The notes under the pieces: model-generated
Told to the model about the DNA's origin: nothing
The model's input: the letters and a program-made list of their open reading frames with translations, nothing else
Databases searched by the model: none
Made by a program: the position numbers and the translations under genes
Shown here: piece after piece, positions 39,431-49,445 of the stretch
Numbering within the stretch: the first letter of the stretch is position 1
How the letters are laid out: each line of letters opens with the position of its first letter
Source of the DNA: Candidatus Omnitrophota bacterium
Lineage (GTDB): Bacteria > Omnitrophota > Gorgyraeia > Gygaellales > Profunditerraquicolaceae
Direction of reading: 5' to 3'
DNA length: 64,000 nt
NCBI GenBank assembly: GCA_003598025.1
Contig: QZKH01000003.1
Span: 439,221 to 503,220, forward strand

Positions 39431-39459
39431 ATTATACTACAACCTAGCCAAAAACACAA
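39431..39459 (-). promoter_or_regulatory. Sigma70 promoter of the ECF sigma gene (probably leaderless mRNA)
   Basis: TTGTGT-17 nt-TATAAT, then only 7 nt before ATG; no SD. Confidence 0.6.
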
Positions 39460-39478
39460 TAACCCTATTCCCTCATAC

Positions 39479-39560
39479 AAAAAAGAGCTGCCCCCGCTTT
39501 TGGGGGCAGCTCTATGGTCAGTGACAGAAACGGTCCGTGGTCAGCAGGAGAAACGGACCT
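39479..39560. repeat. REP-like element related to 33908-33985; hairpin doubles as hppA terminator
   Basis: 12-bp stem AGAGCTGCCCCC/GGGGGCAGCTCT with minus-strand T-run, then two 23-nt units TGGTCAGTGACAGAAACGGTCC / TGGTCAGCAGGAGAAACGGACC. Confidence 0.8.
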
Positions 39561-39563
39561 GGA

Positions 39564-41666
39564 TTATTTGAATAAGGTGTTTGTCATTACAAATGACGCA
39601 AAAACGATTGATACCATTGACATAAGCTTAATCAGAATGTTTAAGCTTGGGCCGGAGGTGTCTTTGAAAGGATCGCCCACCGTATCGCCTACTACCCCTG
39701 CTTTATGGGCAAATGAACCTTTTCCACCGTGATGCCCTTCTTCTATGTATTTCTTGGCATTATCCCATGCTCCGCCTGAATTTGCCATCATGACTGCAAG
39801 CACAAACCCGGAAATTAACGCACCAGTCAACAACCCTGCTTCAGCTTCTATGCCGATAAGTAAACCTACGACTATTGGCGCGGCTATTGCCAATAAAGAA
39901 GGTGCTATCATTTCCTTCTGCGCTGCTGAAGTGGCAATGGTTACACAGCGTGCGTAATCAGGCTTTGCCGTACCTTCCATGATACCTTTGATCTCCTTAA
40001 ACTGCCTTCTTACTTCAACTACAATCTTACCTGCTGCACGACCTACTGCGCGCATGGTCATAGCGCAGAACAAAAATGGCAGCATTCCGCCGATAAACAA
40101 ACCCACCAAAACTGCAGGGTTCATTAAGCTCAAATTGAGTTCTTTGCCAAAAAGCATTATCTGCTCACGGTATGCGGCAATCAAAGCAAGCGCGGTCAGC
40201 GCTGCCGAACCTATAGCAAAACCTTTTCCAGTAGCTGCAGTAGTATTGCCAAGTTGATCAAGCGCATCGGTCCTCTTCCTTACTTCCGGAGGAAGGTGCG
40301 ACATCTCGGCATTACCGCCGGCATTATCTGCAACAGGGCCGTATGCATCGGTCGCCAAAGTAATGCCTAAAGTTGAAAGCATGCCTACAGCGGATATACC
40401 TACGCCGTAAAGCCCGGCATTGAAATTTGTTGCGCCTCCAGATAAAAAGAAACTTGCAAGTATAGCTGCGCCAACAACGATCACCGGTATTGCGGTTGAC
40501 ATCATACCTACAGCTAAACCTCCTATAATAACGGTCGCAGGCCCGGTTAAGGCTGCATCTGCAATTGAGCGCGTAGGCTTAAAACTATTCGATGTATAAT
40601 ACTCGGTAGCTAATCCAATCAACACTCCGGCAACCAGCCCCGATATTACTGCCCAGTAAACACCCATAAACTCTGCGCCAAGTGTACTTTTCACAAGGAA
40701 ATAGGATATTATCGCAACTAAAAATGCGCTGGCAAATACGCCTTTCCTTAAAGCAGCAAGTAAAACGTTTTGTTTTGCTTCTTCGCTGCTTCTTACAAAA
40801 AAAGTACCTATAATAGAACAAATGACTCCGACAGCAGCCATAACCATAGGCACAGTAACTCCGGCAATACCCAAACCAGCCGCAACACCCAAAGAAGAGG
40901 TTGCAACAATCGAGCCTACATATGACTCATACAAATCTGCTCCCATTCCTGCCACATCGCCTACGTTATCACCGACATTATCTGCGATTACCGCAGGATT
41001 ACGCGGGTCATCCTCAGGTATGCCTGCTTCGACTTTACCTACCAGGTCTGCTCCGACATCGGCTGCCTTAGTAAATATACCTCCTCCTACCCTGGCAAAC
41101 AAAGCCTGAGAACTTGCGCCCATACCGAAACAAAGCATTGTTGAAGTTATAGCAGTTATCTTATCCATGTTTGCCGGAAGCGCATGCCCTGAATAATACC
41201 AATCAAGGAAATAATACCAGATACTTAAATCTAATAAACCTAGACCGACTACTACCATTCCCATGACCGTCCCGCTTGAAAAAGCAACACGTAAACCGGA
41301 ATTCAAGCTTTTCATGGCTGCGGCTGTAGTACGGTTGGAAGCCTGAGTCGCTATCTTCATCCCGAAAAACCCGGATAACCCTGAGAATAAACCTCCGGTT
41401 AAAAACGCAAAAGGGACAAAGATTACCAATTGATTCTTAGAAGCCAAAAAGAGCAATATGAAGAATACGACGATAAAATATGCGGCAACTCCGATATATT
41501 GCCTTTTTAAGTAAGCATCTGCTCCGACCCTTACTGCGCGGGCAATCTCTTTCATCGTATCATTACCCTGGTCCTTACGAAGAATAGAAAAAGCCAGATA
41601 TGCGGCAAACATAAGAGCCACAATAGAGCCTACAGGCGCCAATATTAACAAATTAAATCCTGCCAT
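39564..41666 (-). CDS. hppA: Membrane-bound ion-translocating pyrophosphatase, K+-dependent type (Na+ or H+)
   Basis: [49 protein letters not shown]. Confidence 0.96.
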   Translation of the reverse strand: MAGFNLLILAPVGSIVALMFAAYLAFSILRKDQGNDTMKEIARAVRVGADAYLKRQYIGVAAYFIVVFFILLFLASKNQLVIFVPFAFLTGGLFSGLSGFFGMKIATQASNRTTAAAMKSLNSGLRVAFSSGTVMGMVVVGLGLLDLSIWYYFLDWYYSGHALPANMDKITAITSTMLCFGMGASSQALFARVGGGIFTKAADVGADLVGKVEAGIPEDDPRNPAVIADNVGDNVGDVAGMGADLYESYVGSIVATSSLGVAAGLGIAGVTVPMVMAAVGVICSIIGTFFVRSSEEAKQNVLLAALRKGVFASAFLVAIISYFLVKSTLGAEFMGVYWAVISGLVAGVLIGLATEYYTSNSFKPTRSIADAALTGPATVIIGGLAVGMMSTAIPVIVVGAAILASFFLSGGATNFNAGLYGVGISAVGMLSTLGITLATDAYGPVADNAGGNAEMSHLPPEVRKRTDALDQLGNTTAATGKGFAIGSAALTALALIAAYREQIMLFGKELNLSLMNPAVLVGLFIGGMLPFLFCAMTMRAVGRAAGKIVVEVRRQFKEIKGIMEGTAKPDYARCVTIATSAAQKEMIAPSLLAIAAPIVVGLLIGIEAEAGLLTGALISGFVLAVMMANSGGAWDNAKKYIEEGHHGGKGSFAHKAGVVGDTVGDPFKDTSGPSLNILIKLMSMVSIVFASFVMTNTLFK

Positions 41667-41754
41667 CTAACTCCTCCTTAATGTGATTTATATTGTTTGG
41701 GGGTTGTTTTGGTACTTAAGTGCGTTATAGTAACACAAAATCCGGTAAAGTCAA

Positions 41755-42018
41755 CTATTTTAGCTTATCTTTGTCATGAACCACTTCTGCCTCAATATCA
41801 ATAATGTCCTTACTCTTACTCCCGGCAGCGCCATAGCCTGATGAAGAAACAAATTTCTTAGCAAGCAATACTGAATTAAGAATAAACAACGTTACTAATA
41901 TTAACTCTGCCGCCAGCCAATAAAAGAAACCAAGGAATATCCACCCGAAAAGAAAATTAAAAAATATAAGAAACGGTAGAAAACATCCTGTACGGCTGAA
42001 AAATACGATACTTTTCAT
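41755..42018 (-). CDS. Hypothetical small membrane protein
   Basis: Two TMs, C-terminal IIDIEAEVV motif. Confidence 0.72.
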   Translation of the reverse strand: MKSIVFFSRTGCFLPFLIFFNFLFGWIFLGFFYWLAAELILVTLFILNSVLLAKKFVSSSGYGAAGSKSKDIIDIEAEVVHDKDKLK

Positions 42019-42028
42019 TTCTTATAGT

Positions 42029-42553
42029 TTACTTCCTCTGGTAAATACCGACAAGCACTGCCTGCGCAAGTATATGCCCTTTCATTTCTCTTTCCAAACT
42101 TTTTTTATCAAGGTTATCAACGCCTATAACCTTATCTAAAGCAAAAAGCTTAAAAAAATACCTGTGCGCACCGCTTGGAGGGCACGGGCCATTATATCGA
42201 AGCTCACCGGAATCATTCGGCCCCTGCCTGCCCGGAGAACTATTTTCCTCTATGCTTTCTCTTGGCGGCACATCATACAAAACCCAATGCACCCATTCTC
42301 CGGATGGCGCGTCGGGGTCATCAACTATCAAAGCTAAACTTTTTGTTCCGCCAGGCAAAGCATCGATCATCAATGCCGGGTTAACGTCCTCTCCTTGACA
42401 GGTGAATTTTACAGGTATCTTACCGTTATTTACAAAATCAGGGCTGGTTATTTTCATATCAGAAGCTCCTTCCTGCGCTTCAGTGCCATTAAACAAAAAG
42501 ATAATAGCCAACAATAAGCAAATAAGCAGCTTTCCCATATATATATTTCTCAT
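42029..42553 (-). CDS. YbhB/YbcL (PEBP/Raf kinase inhibitor-like) protein
   Basis: DDPDAP, WVHW, YNGPCPPSGAHRYFF; start uncertain (42553 or 42538). Confidence 0.92.
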   Translation of the reverse strand: MRNIYMGKLLICLLLAIIFLFNGTEAQEGASDMKITSPDFVNNGKIPVKFTCQGEDVNPALMIDALPGGTKSLALIVDDPDAPSGEWVHWVLYDVPPRESIEENSSPGRQGPNDSGELRYNGPCPPSGAHRYFFKLFALDKVIGVDNLDKKSLEREMKGHILAQAVLVGIYQRK

Positions 42554-42557
42554 ATAG

Positions 42558-44408
42558 CTAAGGCTTCTCTCTCCTGCGCTCTGAAAGCAAAACAACATTC
42601 TTGAGGTCTTCCTTGTTGGGGGCTTCCAGCCACTTCTTATCGAAATCTATATTCTGTGTAATCTGCGCGATAGCCGCCAGAGATTTCAAATGAAGATTCC
42701 GCTCATCAGCAGAACCAACTAATACAAATACTATATGTACCAGGTTATCCATCGGGAAAATCACTCCCGCTCTGGAACGTGCCAGTACTATCTTAAAAAT
42801 ATTCTTTCCTTCGATTATTACGTGCGGTATAGCTAAGCCTTTTCTTAAAACAGTGCTTGTCTCATTTTCTCTCTGAATAAATTTCTCATAAAGCTCTCTT
42901 TCAGGCACCCCCAACTCACCGCTAAGCTTCTTTGAAACCTCTGCAAAAAAATCATTCATTTCAATTGGCTTATCAAAATCTAAGACATCCGACTGATCAA
43001 CCAACTTATGAAATTTATCTTCAACTATTTCATCCCTCTGGACTACGATATCCTTAAGTTCAATAAGCAGGTTATCCGAAGACAAGACCTTATCTTTTGC
43101 CACCATCCTCTCCAGCATATAAATCAAGGCTGAATCCTTACTGACTTTTTTATAAACATATAACCTATACCAGGCATAACCGCCGAGCAGAAAAACTACT
43201 GTAAATAAGATTATAGGCCTGCCCATTTCCACAAGAAGGAACAACCCCGAAAGTATCCCGGCAATCTGAAGATAAGGATAAAATGGGGTTATGAATTTTG
43301 GCCTATAGCTCAATATTTTGCTCTCTCTGAACAATATCAAAGTAAGGTTAGCGAAGACATAAAGCAAGATCAGTATGCTTGAGGCTACCTTTACTAGAAA
43401 ATCGAGTTTAAGAAATAATATTACCCCGACCATAAATATCCCGGTAAATACTACCGATATGTAAGGCGTCTTAAACCTGCTCATCCTCTGAAAAACATTC
43501 GGTAGCAGCCTGTCCCTGCTCATGCTCAATGGGTATCTGGAAGCAGTCATTATCCCGGAATTGGCAGTAGAAATAAAAGCCAGAAAAGCCCCGATGCTTA
43601 TTATAATTTTAAGTACGTTCCCGCCGAAAACACCTGCTGCCTCAGAGATCGGGATCAATGTCCCTCTTAAAACATCGGCATCCATCACGCCTACAGTAAC
43701 AAAAATAACCGAAGAATAAATTAATGAGGTGACTGCCAAAGAAAGCAACATCCCTAATGGAAGATTACGGCTCGGGTTTCGAGTCTCTTCAGCCAAAGCT
43801 GCGACCTTAGTTAAGCCTCCGTAAGAAATAAAAACAAAACTTGCGGTTTTGATAACCGCACCTAAACCTTTATCCATAAATGGCGTAAAATTTAGAAGGC
43901 TTACCCGCGTTAAACCCCATACGGAAAAAGTTACAAGAGAAATCAGTAATCCGGTAACTAGTATTACCTGGGTCCGTCCGGCTTCTTTAATCCCGATAAG
44001 ATTTACAAAAACAAAAAATGCGCAACAAACCAAAGCTATGTTGGTAACAGAAAGACTTGTCAGCAGAACCAGATAAGCTCCCATACCGATTAAGGCAAAG
44101 GCTCCTTTAAGGCTTAAAGAAAACCAAGTGCTAAAACCTGCTATCGTGCCTAAGAGCGGGCCAAATCCTCTCATGATATAAAAATAATCCCCTCCCGCCT
44201 TTGGCATGGCGGTAGTAAGTTCCGCCATGCTGAAAAGCGCAGGCAAACAAAAAATACCAGCAATAATATAGGACAGGATAACTGCTGGACCGGCTTTATC
44301 AAATGCCAAACCGGGTAATATAAACAATCCCGAGCTTATCATTGCTCCGGTAGCAACACAAAAAACATCAAGAAGCCCTAAATCTTTTTTTAAATAGCTT
44401 TTCTTCAT
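42558..44408 (-). CDS. APC-family amino acid permease fused to a PTS EIIA(Ntr/Fru-type) domain
   Basis: GAMISSGLFILPG, AEETRNP, ~12 TMs; C-terminal RENETST...GLAIPHV...HLKSLAAIAQ. Confidence 0.9.
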   Translation of the reverse strand: MKKSYLKKDLGLLDVFCVATGAMISSGLFILPGLAFDKAGPAVILSYIIAGIFCLPALFSMAELTTAMPKAGGDYFYIMRGFGPLLGTIAGFSTWFSLSLKGAFALIGMGAYLVLLTSLSVTNIALVCCAFFVFVNLIGIKEAGRTQVILVTGLLISLVTFSVWGLTRVSLLNFTPFMDKGLGAVIKTASFVFISYGGLTKVAALAEETRNPSRNLPLGMLLSLAVTSLIYSSVIFVTVGVMDADVLRGTLIPISEAAGVFGGNVLKIIISIGAFLAFISTANSGIMTASRYPLSMSRDRLLPNVFQRMSRFKTPYISVVFTGIFMVGVILFLKLDFLVKVASSILILLYVFANLTLILFRESKILSYRPKFITPFYPYLQIAGILSGLFLLVEMGRPIILFTVVFLLGGYAWYRLYVYKKVSKDSALIYMLERMVAKDKVLSSDNLLIELKDIVVQRDEIVEDKFHKLVDQSDVLDFDKPIEMNDFFAEVSKKLSGELGVPERELYEKFIQRENETSTVLRKGLAIPHVIIEGKNIFKIVLARSRAGVIFPMDNLVHIVFVLVGSADERNLHLKSLAAIAQITQNIDFDKKWLEAPNKEDLKNVVLLSERRREKP

Positions 44409-44409
44409 C

Positions 44410-44889
44410 CTAATAAATCCTGCTCCCGGGCAATATAACCCATTCTTTAAAAAGCTCAAGGCACTCTTCATACAAGAAACTACTTACGATATCTATCTTG
44501 CTTGAACCCAACCGCTTCATCGATAGGCTGCTGATTTTTAATTCGTTAAATCCCACTTTAATTGCGTCTTTAATACCGGTCCCAAAAACTATTTTGTTTA
44601 TCCTGGCCCAGTGTATTGCGCTAAAACACATCGGACAAGGCTCGGTAGTAGAATAAATTACGCAACCTTTTAAATCATAGCTGCCTATTTTAGACGAAGC
44701 CTCTCTAATTGCGTTTATCTCGGCATGGCAAGTGGCATCATTCTTTAAAACAGTATTATTAGCTGCTGCCAGGACCATTTTGCCTTTCACTATACAGGCT
44801 CCGAAAGGCCCGCCGTTTAAACTCTTCAAATTCTTTTTTGCTTCGGCGATTGCGATTCTCATGTATCTCTTATCCGGATTATATCTCAT
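44410..44889 (-). CDS. Zn-dependent nucleoside/guanine deaminase (cytidine deaminase-like fold)
   Basis: GGPFGA, HAEINAIR, EPCPMCFSAIHWA. Confidence 0.9.
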   Translation of the reverse strand: MRYNPDKRYMRIAIAEAKKNLKSLNGGPFGACIVKGKMVLAAANNTVLKNDATCHAEINAIREASSKIGSYDLKGCVIYSTTEPCPMCFSAIHWARINKIVFGTGIKDAIKVGFNELKISSLSMKRLGSSKIDIVSSFLYEECLELFKEWVILPGSRIY

Positions 44890-45644
44890 TCTTTAATAAA
44901 CCTCTTGGGGTCTTTAGCGCATGCCAGCAATAACGGCAATTCAAGATTATGCGCAAGCAACAATTTTTCATCCCTCAATATCTCCAATACCTGACCCACC
45001 TTAATGATCTGCCCCTTATCTATTAAAGCTACCCGGCTGCAGACCTCAAGGACCAGGTCTAGGTCATGAGTTGCGATTATCTTAGTGAGAGCAAAATTCT
45101 TAAGCATATTCATAAGGTCCCTTCTGTGCTTGGGGTCCAGGTTACTGGATGGCTCATCTAAAACAAGTATTTTTGGGGACATGGAAAGAACTGTTGCGAT
45201 TGAAATCCTTTTCTTCTCTCCATAGCTTAAGTGGTGCGAGACCCTTTGGAGAGCATCCTTCATATCTACTTTGCTCAAGGCTGAATCAACTGTATCCCTT
45301 ACATCTTCCTTTTTCATACCCATATTTAAAGGCCCGAAGGCCACATCCTCATACACCGTCGGCATAAACAGCTGGCTATCCGGATCCTGGAAAACAAAAC
45401 CAACGGTTTTCCTTATTTCTCTGAGATTAAGGTCATCCATAGCCAAGCCATTGATTCTCATATGCCCCTTTCCTCTGATTATCCCGTTAAAATGCAGGAG
45501 AAGCGTAGATTTACCGGCGCCATTCGGCCCGATGATACCCAATGTTTCTCCTTCAAAAATATCCAGATTTATGCCCCTTAGCGCCTGGTGCCCATCGGGA
45601 TATTTAAAACTTAAATCTTTGATTTCAATTGCTTTAGAAGGCAT
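44886..45644 (-). CDS. cbiO: ECF Co/Ni transporter ATPase
   Basis: GPNGAGKST, VFQDPDSQLF, LSYGEKKR, LDEP. Confidence 0.9.
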   Translation of the reverse strand: MPSKAIEIKDLSFKYPDGHQALRGINLDIFEGETLGIIGPNGAGKSTLLLHFNGIIRGKGHMRINGLAMDDLNLREIRKTVGFVFQDPDSQLFMPTVYEDVAFGPLNMGMKKEDVRDTVDSALSKVDMKDALQRVSHHLSYGEKKRISIATVLSMSPKILVLDEPSSNLDPKHRRDLMNMLKNFALTKIIATHDLDLVLEVCSRVALIDKGQIIKVGQVLEILRDEKLLLAHNLELPLLLACAKDPKRFIKE

Positions 45645-45647
45645 CTG

Positions 45648-46418
45648 TCACCTGATAAATTTTATAATTATGAATGTTATAATTAATATAGCCATGAAAA
45701 ATATATCCCTGCCCCTGAATTTCAGCTCCGTAAAAATATTAACTTGGCCCTCAAAACCTCTTGAAAGCATCGCCAGATAAACAGCCTCTGCCCGTTCATA
45801 AGACTTAATAAACAAAACGCCGATTATATTAGAAAAAATTTTAATATCCGACAACCTGAAACCCGTTACCGAGCGAGCCTCCTTGGACCTTACTATCTTT
45901 AGCAGCTCATCATAGATCACAAATATATAACGGTACATGAACGAAAGTATCAATATTATCACCCTGGGAAATTTCATCTTTTCAAGGCCTTTTAACAACT
46001 CGGTGAACCTCGTCGTAGCGATCAGCAAAATCAGGCATAATGTAGATAAATACGCCTTTATGCTTATATTCCAGAAAATCAACAAACCCTGACGGGTGAG
46101 CTCCGCATTAAAATAACCCAGCGAATAACTGCCGATTACCTCTCCCTCTTTTATAAAAGGAATAAATATTGCCGCGACTAAAACAAAGGGAATGACTACA
46201 AGCGACCTTTTTATTACTTTTAATAAAGGGATCCTGCAGAGCAGTATCTGAATAAATATTACGGCAGCATAAAGAAAGAAATTTTTATAAGCATTTGCCG
46301 GGCTGAGTATAATAAAAAGCAATAGAGTAAATAATGTGATTATCTTTGTGCGCGGGTCGAGGCGATGTAAAAAGCTGTCCCGGGAACCTGCGAATTCATC
46401 TATGTAGGAATGTTCCAT
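45648..46418 (-). CDS. cbiQ: ECF Co/Ni transporter T component
   Basis: LHRLDPRTK, FMYRYIF, EAR, SYERAEAVYLAMLSRGF. Confidence 0.9.
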   Translation of the reverse strand: MEHSYIDEFAGSRDSFLHRLDPRTKIITLFTLLLFIILSPANAYKNFFLYAAVIFIQILLCRIPLLKVIKRSLVVIPFVLVAAIFIPFIKEGEVIGSYSLGYFNAELTRQGLLIFWNISIKAYLSTLCLILLIATTRFTELLKGLEKMKFPRVIILILSFMYRYIFVIYDELLKIVRSKEARSVTGFRLSDIKIFSNIIGVLFIKSYERAEAVYLAMLSRGFEGQVNIFTELKFRGRDIFFMAILIITFIIIKFIR

Positions 46419-46707
46419 TCTTACCCCTGCGTTTCAATAATAACCCTAATCCGTAACCAAGGCCGAATACAACCAAAGTGCCAAGGATACCGGCAAGAGA
46501 AGCAGAAAATTTTTCATTTTCAATATGCGGCAATGTATAATCAGGCATTGGAGAAGAAACTACCTGCCTGGCTTCGCCTTTTTCAATGAATCCCCGGTCA
46601 ATAGCCACCCTTTCAAGCCCATCAGGGCTGGAAGATGCAAAAAGAGCTATAGCGCCTGCTGTGATAACTGCAATTAAAAGAGAGATCAATATATCCTTTT
46701 TCCCCAT
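46396..46707 (-). CDS. PDGLE-domain Co/Ni transporter accessory subunit
   Basis: ASSSPDGLERVA, PMPDY, LAGILG. Confidence 0.88.
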   Translation of the reverse strand: MGKKDILISLLIAVITAGAIALFASSSPDGLERVAIDRGFIEKGEARQVVSSPMPDYTLPHIENEKFSASLAGILGTLVVFGLGYGLGLLLKRRGKNGTFLHR

Positions 46708-46719
46708 CTTATTATTTTA

Positions 46720-47349
46720 TTATTTGCCGTAAATTAAATCCGGCCTTACTTTAATAACAAAACCGACCACAAAACATGTTATCATCGCTTCGCCAATACC
46801 GATAAGCATATGTATGCTGAGCATCGCCGGTAAAACAACATTTAAAGGAGAAATTTCTGACAGGACAAGCTCAAAAGAGCAAAAAAGAGAAGCCAGGACG
46901 ACTGAAAACCAGGAAGCTATCGCAGTTGCCGGCATGATCGGCCCATGTTTACCGGATATTTTTCGTACTCCTAAATATACCAAATATCCGCCCATGGTGC
47001 CGACAATAGACATATTAAATATATTGGCTCCCAGAGCAGTCAGGCCCCCATCCTGGAATATTATGCATTGCACCAATAAAACAACGCTTATGACCACGGC
47101 AGCTACATAAGGCCCGACTAAAATAGCCGCAAGTATACCTCCCAGCAAATGCCCCGAGGTCCCGCCTACAACAGGAAAATTAACCATCTGCGCGGCAAAA
47201 ACAAAAGCACTGATGACCCCCATAAGAGGGACCATCCTGTCTTTTAAAACCTGGGATGTTTTTCTCAGGCAATAGCTAATCCCGCCGGCAGAAACCAGCC
47301 ACGCCGCCCCCCAAACATTAAAAGTTAAGAATCCATCCGGAATGTGCAT
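46720..47349 (-). CDS. cbiM: ECF Co/Ni transporter substrate-binding subunit
   Basis: MHIPDGFL N-terminus, GGTSGHLLG, DGGLTALGAN. Confidence 0.93.
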   Translation of the reverse strand: MHIPDGFLTFNVWGAAWLVSAGGISYCLRKTSQVLKDRMVPLMGVISAFVFAAQMVNFPVVGGTSGHLLGGILAAILVGPYVAAVVISVVLLVQCIIFQDGGLTALGANIFNMSIVGTMGGYLVYLGVRKISGKHGPIMPATAIASWFSVVLASLFCSFELVLSEISPLNVVLPAMLSIHMLIGIGEAMITCFVVGFVIKVRPDLIYGK

Positions 47350-47371
47350 AATTATTACAGCTAGAGGACAA

Positions 47372-49372
47372 TCATTTTATTTTCCAAATCTTCTCTTTAT
47401 ACTGGTCAAGCATGCGGTAAGTATTAAAATACCCGCCGGTAGCCACACAATTAATCATAATATCTATCCATTCGGAATCTATATTCACACTCGTCCCTTT
47501 ATTGGTCTCATAATATAAACGTGCCATATCTTCCAGGGCCTTATGTAACTCCTTGGAATCCTGTTCAAGATGGAGCTCGCTCTCATTACCGATCTCACCT
47601 TCCTTATTACAGTATCCAAATATTCTACCTATATTGCTGTCTTTAGCTTCGACTATCCAGCCGTCAAGGGTGCTGATCTGGAGCACGGCGTTTAGAATCG
47701 CTTTCATACCGCTTGTCCCGGAGGCCTCAAACGGGGGCAAAGGATTATTTAACCATACATCAACGCTTGAAGTAAGCATATGCGCAAGGGCTATCTCATA
47801 ATTTTCAAGCATGATAATTTTTAAACTGCCGAATGAACCCGTAAGCCGGTCAATCTTATCAAGCATCGTATTAATATGGGTGAATCCAAGGTCGTCATTC
47901 GGATGAGCCTTGCCTGCGAAAATTATCTGTATGGGCCCCACTCTCTCTGATATCTCTATGAGCCTGTTAACATCTTCCAGTATCAGGCTGGGACGCTTAT
48001 ACCCTGCCATTCTTCTTGACCAGCATAATGTAAATATGTCCTTATCCAGCTTCCATTTGCTTAGCTTGTTCGATAATTCTATCTTATTATTCTGATGCGC
48101 GTTCCAAATACTGGCGCGAAACTCATTATCATCCCTTAACCGGTTAACCTTACTTAAGCTCATAGGGTCAGCTTCTATATCCCCAAGGACGGGCCTATAT
48201 TTCTCATAAAGTTCTTTGAAACGGCTAGAAATCCATGTATGTGAATGCACACCGTTAGTAACATAGTCAATCCTATCTTTATATTTAGGAAATTGGATAT
48301 GCATTACCTTCTGGTGGTTTAAAGATACGGCATTTATGGCTGAAGAAGCGTTCATTGATAACAAGGTAAGATTAATGACATTTTTTGATTCTAAGCCGAA
48401 TTCTTCTGTCAGTTCAAGGTCTTTCGGATTCAATACATTGCTTAAGTCATTGTGGCTGAACCTGTCATGCCCGGCCTCGACCGGCGTATGGCATGTATAA
48501 ACAAAATTCTTCCTTATATCCTGAACCTGTTCTTTCGGCAGGCCTCTGGCCTTTTCAATAAAAGAAAAAATCGCATGGCCTTCGTTAAGATGATAGATAT
48601 CTATATTATATTTTAATTCACGCAACGCAGAAACACCGCCCATGCCCAATATGACTCTCTGCATTATTTTAATCCATACATTATCGCTGCGGTAAAGCTG
48701 GTCAGTAAGGTGTCTGTCTTTTTCGCTATTCTCGCTTAGATTTGAATCCAATAATATCAGGGGTATCGCGTAATCATGCTTATAACTGTAAACATAATAT
48801 TTCCAAAGCCGCAAATATATATCTTCGTCTTTTAGGGAAATCTTTACCCTGTCTTTTAAAGGAATAAGCCCGGGATAAGTAGCATGGTCCCAATGCATCT
48901 CCTCCGGTACCTGGCCGTATTTAAACCAGAATCTCTGTTTAAAATACCCGGAGTTCCAGAGCATGCCGATGCCGGCAACAGGCAGCTTATAATCAGCCAT
49001 CGTTTTTATAGTATCGCCAGCAAGCACCCCTAAACCTCCGCTATATATAGGCATATCTATGATATCGCCGACCTTAAGAGTAAAAAAATAATCTCCCAGG
49101 CGGAAATTAGAGAAAACTTCATTCTCCTGGCTTTTATTTTTAATGTCTATCGGCCTGTTAATCGAAAACCGGTTGTAAAAACTGGATGCAAGGCCGTATT
49201 CCATTGAAAAATAAGCTATGCAGCGTGAATCCTGTGAACGCAGCCTCTTTTCGCATTCGATTATGCTCTCAAGCGGCATGCCGAAATAAACGTCATCGGT
49301 TATATCTTTACTGTAAACATCTTCGAAGTTATCTACATTAACCAAAGATAAAAACTCTGATAAAGGCCCCAT
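47372..49372 (-). CDS. glgP: Alpha-glucan (glycogen/starch) phosphorylase
   Basis: AYFSMEYG, YSGGLGVLAGD, HLNEGH, TNGVH, AGKAHP, EASGTSGMKA (PLP lysine). Confidence 0.92.
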   Translation of the reverse strand: MGPLSEFLSLVNVDNFEDVYSKDITDDVYFGMPLESIIECEKRLRSQDSRCIAYFSMEYGLASSFYNRFSINRPIDIKNKSQENEVFSNFRLGDYFFTLKVGDIIDMPIYSGGLGVLAGDTIKTMADYKLPVAGIGMLWNSGYFKQRFWFKYGQVPEEMHWDHATYPGLIPLKDRVKISLKDEDIYLRLWKYYVYSYKHDYAIPLILLDSNLSENSEKDRHLTDQLYRSDNVWIKIMQRVILGMGGVSALRELKYNIDIYHLNEGHAIFSFIEKARGLPKEQVQDIRKNFVYTCHTPVEAGHDRFSHNDLSNVLNPKDLELTEEFGLESKNVINLTLLSMNASSAINAVSLNHQKVMHIQFPKYKDRIDYVTNGVHSHTWISSRFKELYEKYRPVLGDIEADPMSLSKVNRLRDDNEFRASIWNAHQNNKIELSNKLSKWKLDKDIFTLCWSRRMAGYKRPSLILEDVNRLIEISERVGPIQIIFAGKAHPNDDLGFTHINTMLDKIDRLTGSFGSLKIIMLENYEIALAHMLTSSVDVWLNNPLPPFEASGTSGMKAILNAVLQISTLDGWIVEAKDSNIGRIFGYCNKEGEIGNESELHLEQDSKELHKALEDMARLYYETNKGTSVNIDSEWIDIMINCVATGGYFNTYRMLDQYKEKIWKIK

Positions 49373-49445
49373 GTCTTCCTTTCTTTAAATAAAATTATGA
49401 ATGCCTCCGGCCTTGCGGGCATTCAGTTAAAATAATAGAATCTGA

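Noticed and set aside
39514-39560. Two 23-nt units as a mini CRISPR array
   Set aside because: No spacers, only two degenerate units and no cas genes; no CRISPR array seen anywhere in the window
47350-47372. Cobalamin or NiCo riboswitch upstream of cbiM
   Set aside because: Only ~22 nt intergenic; no motif
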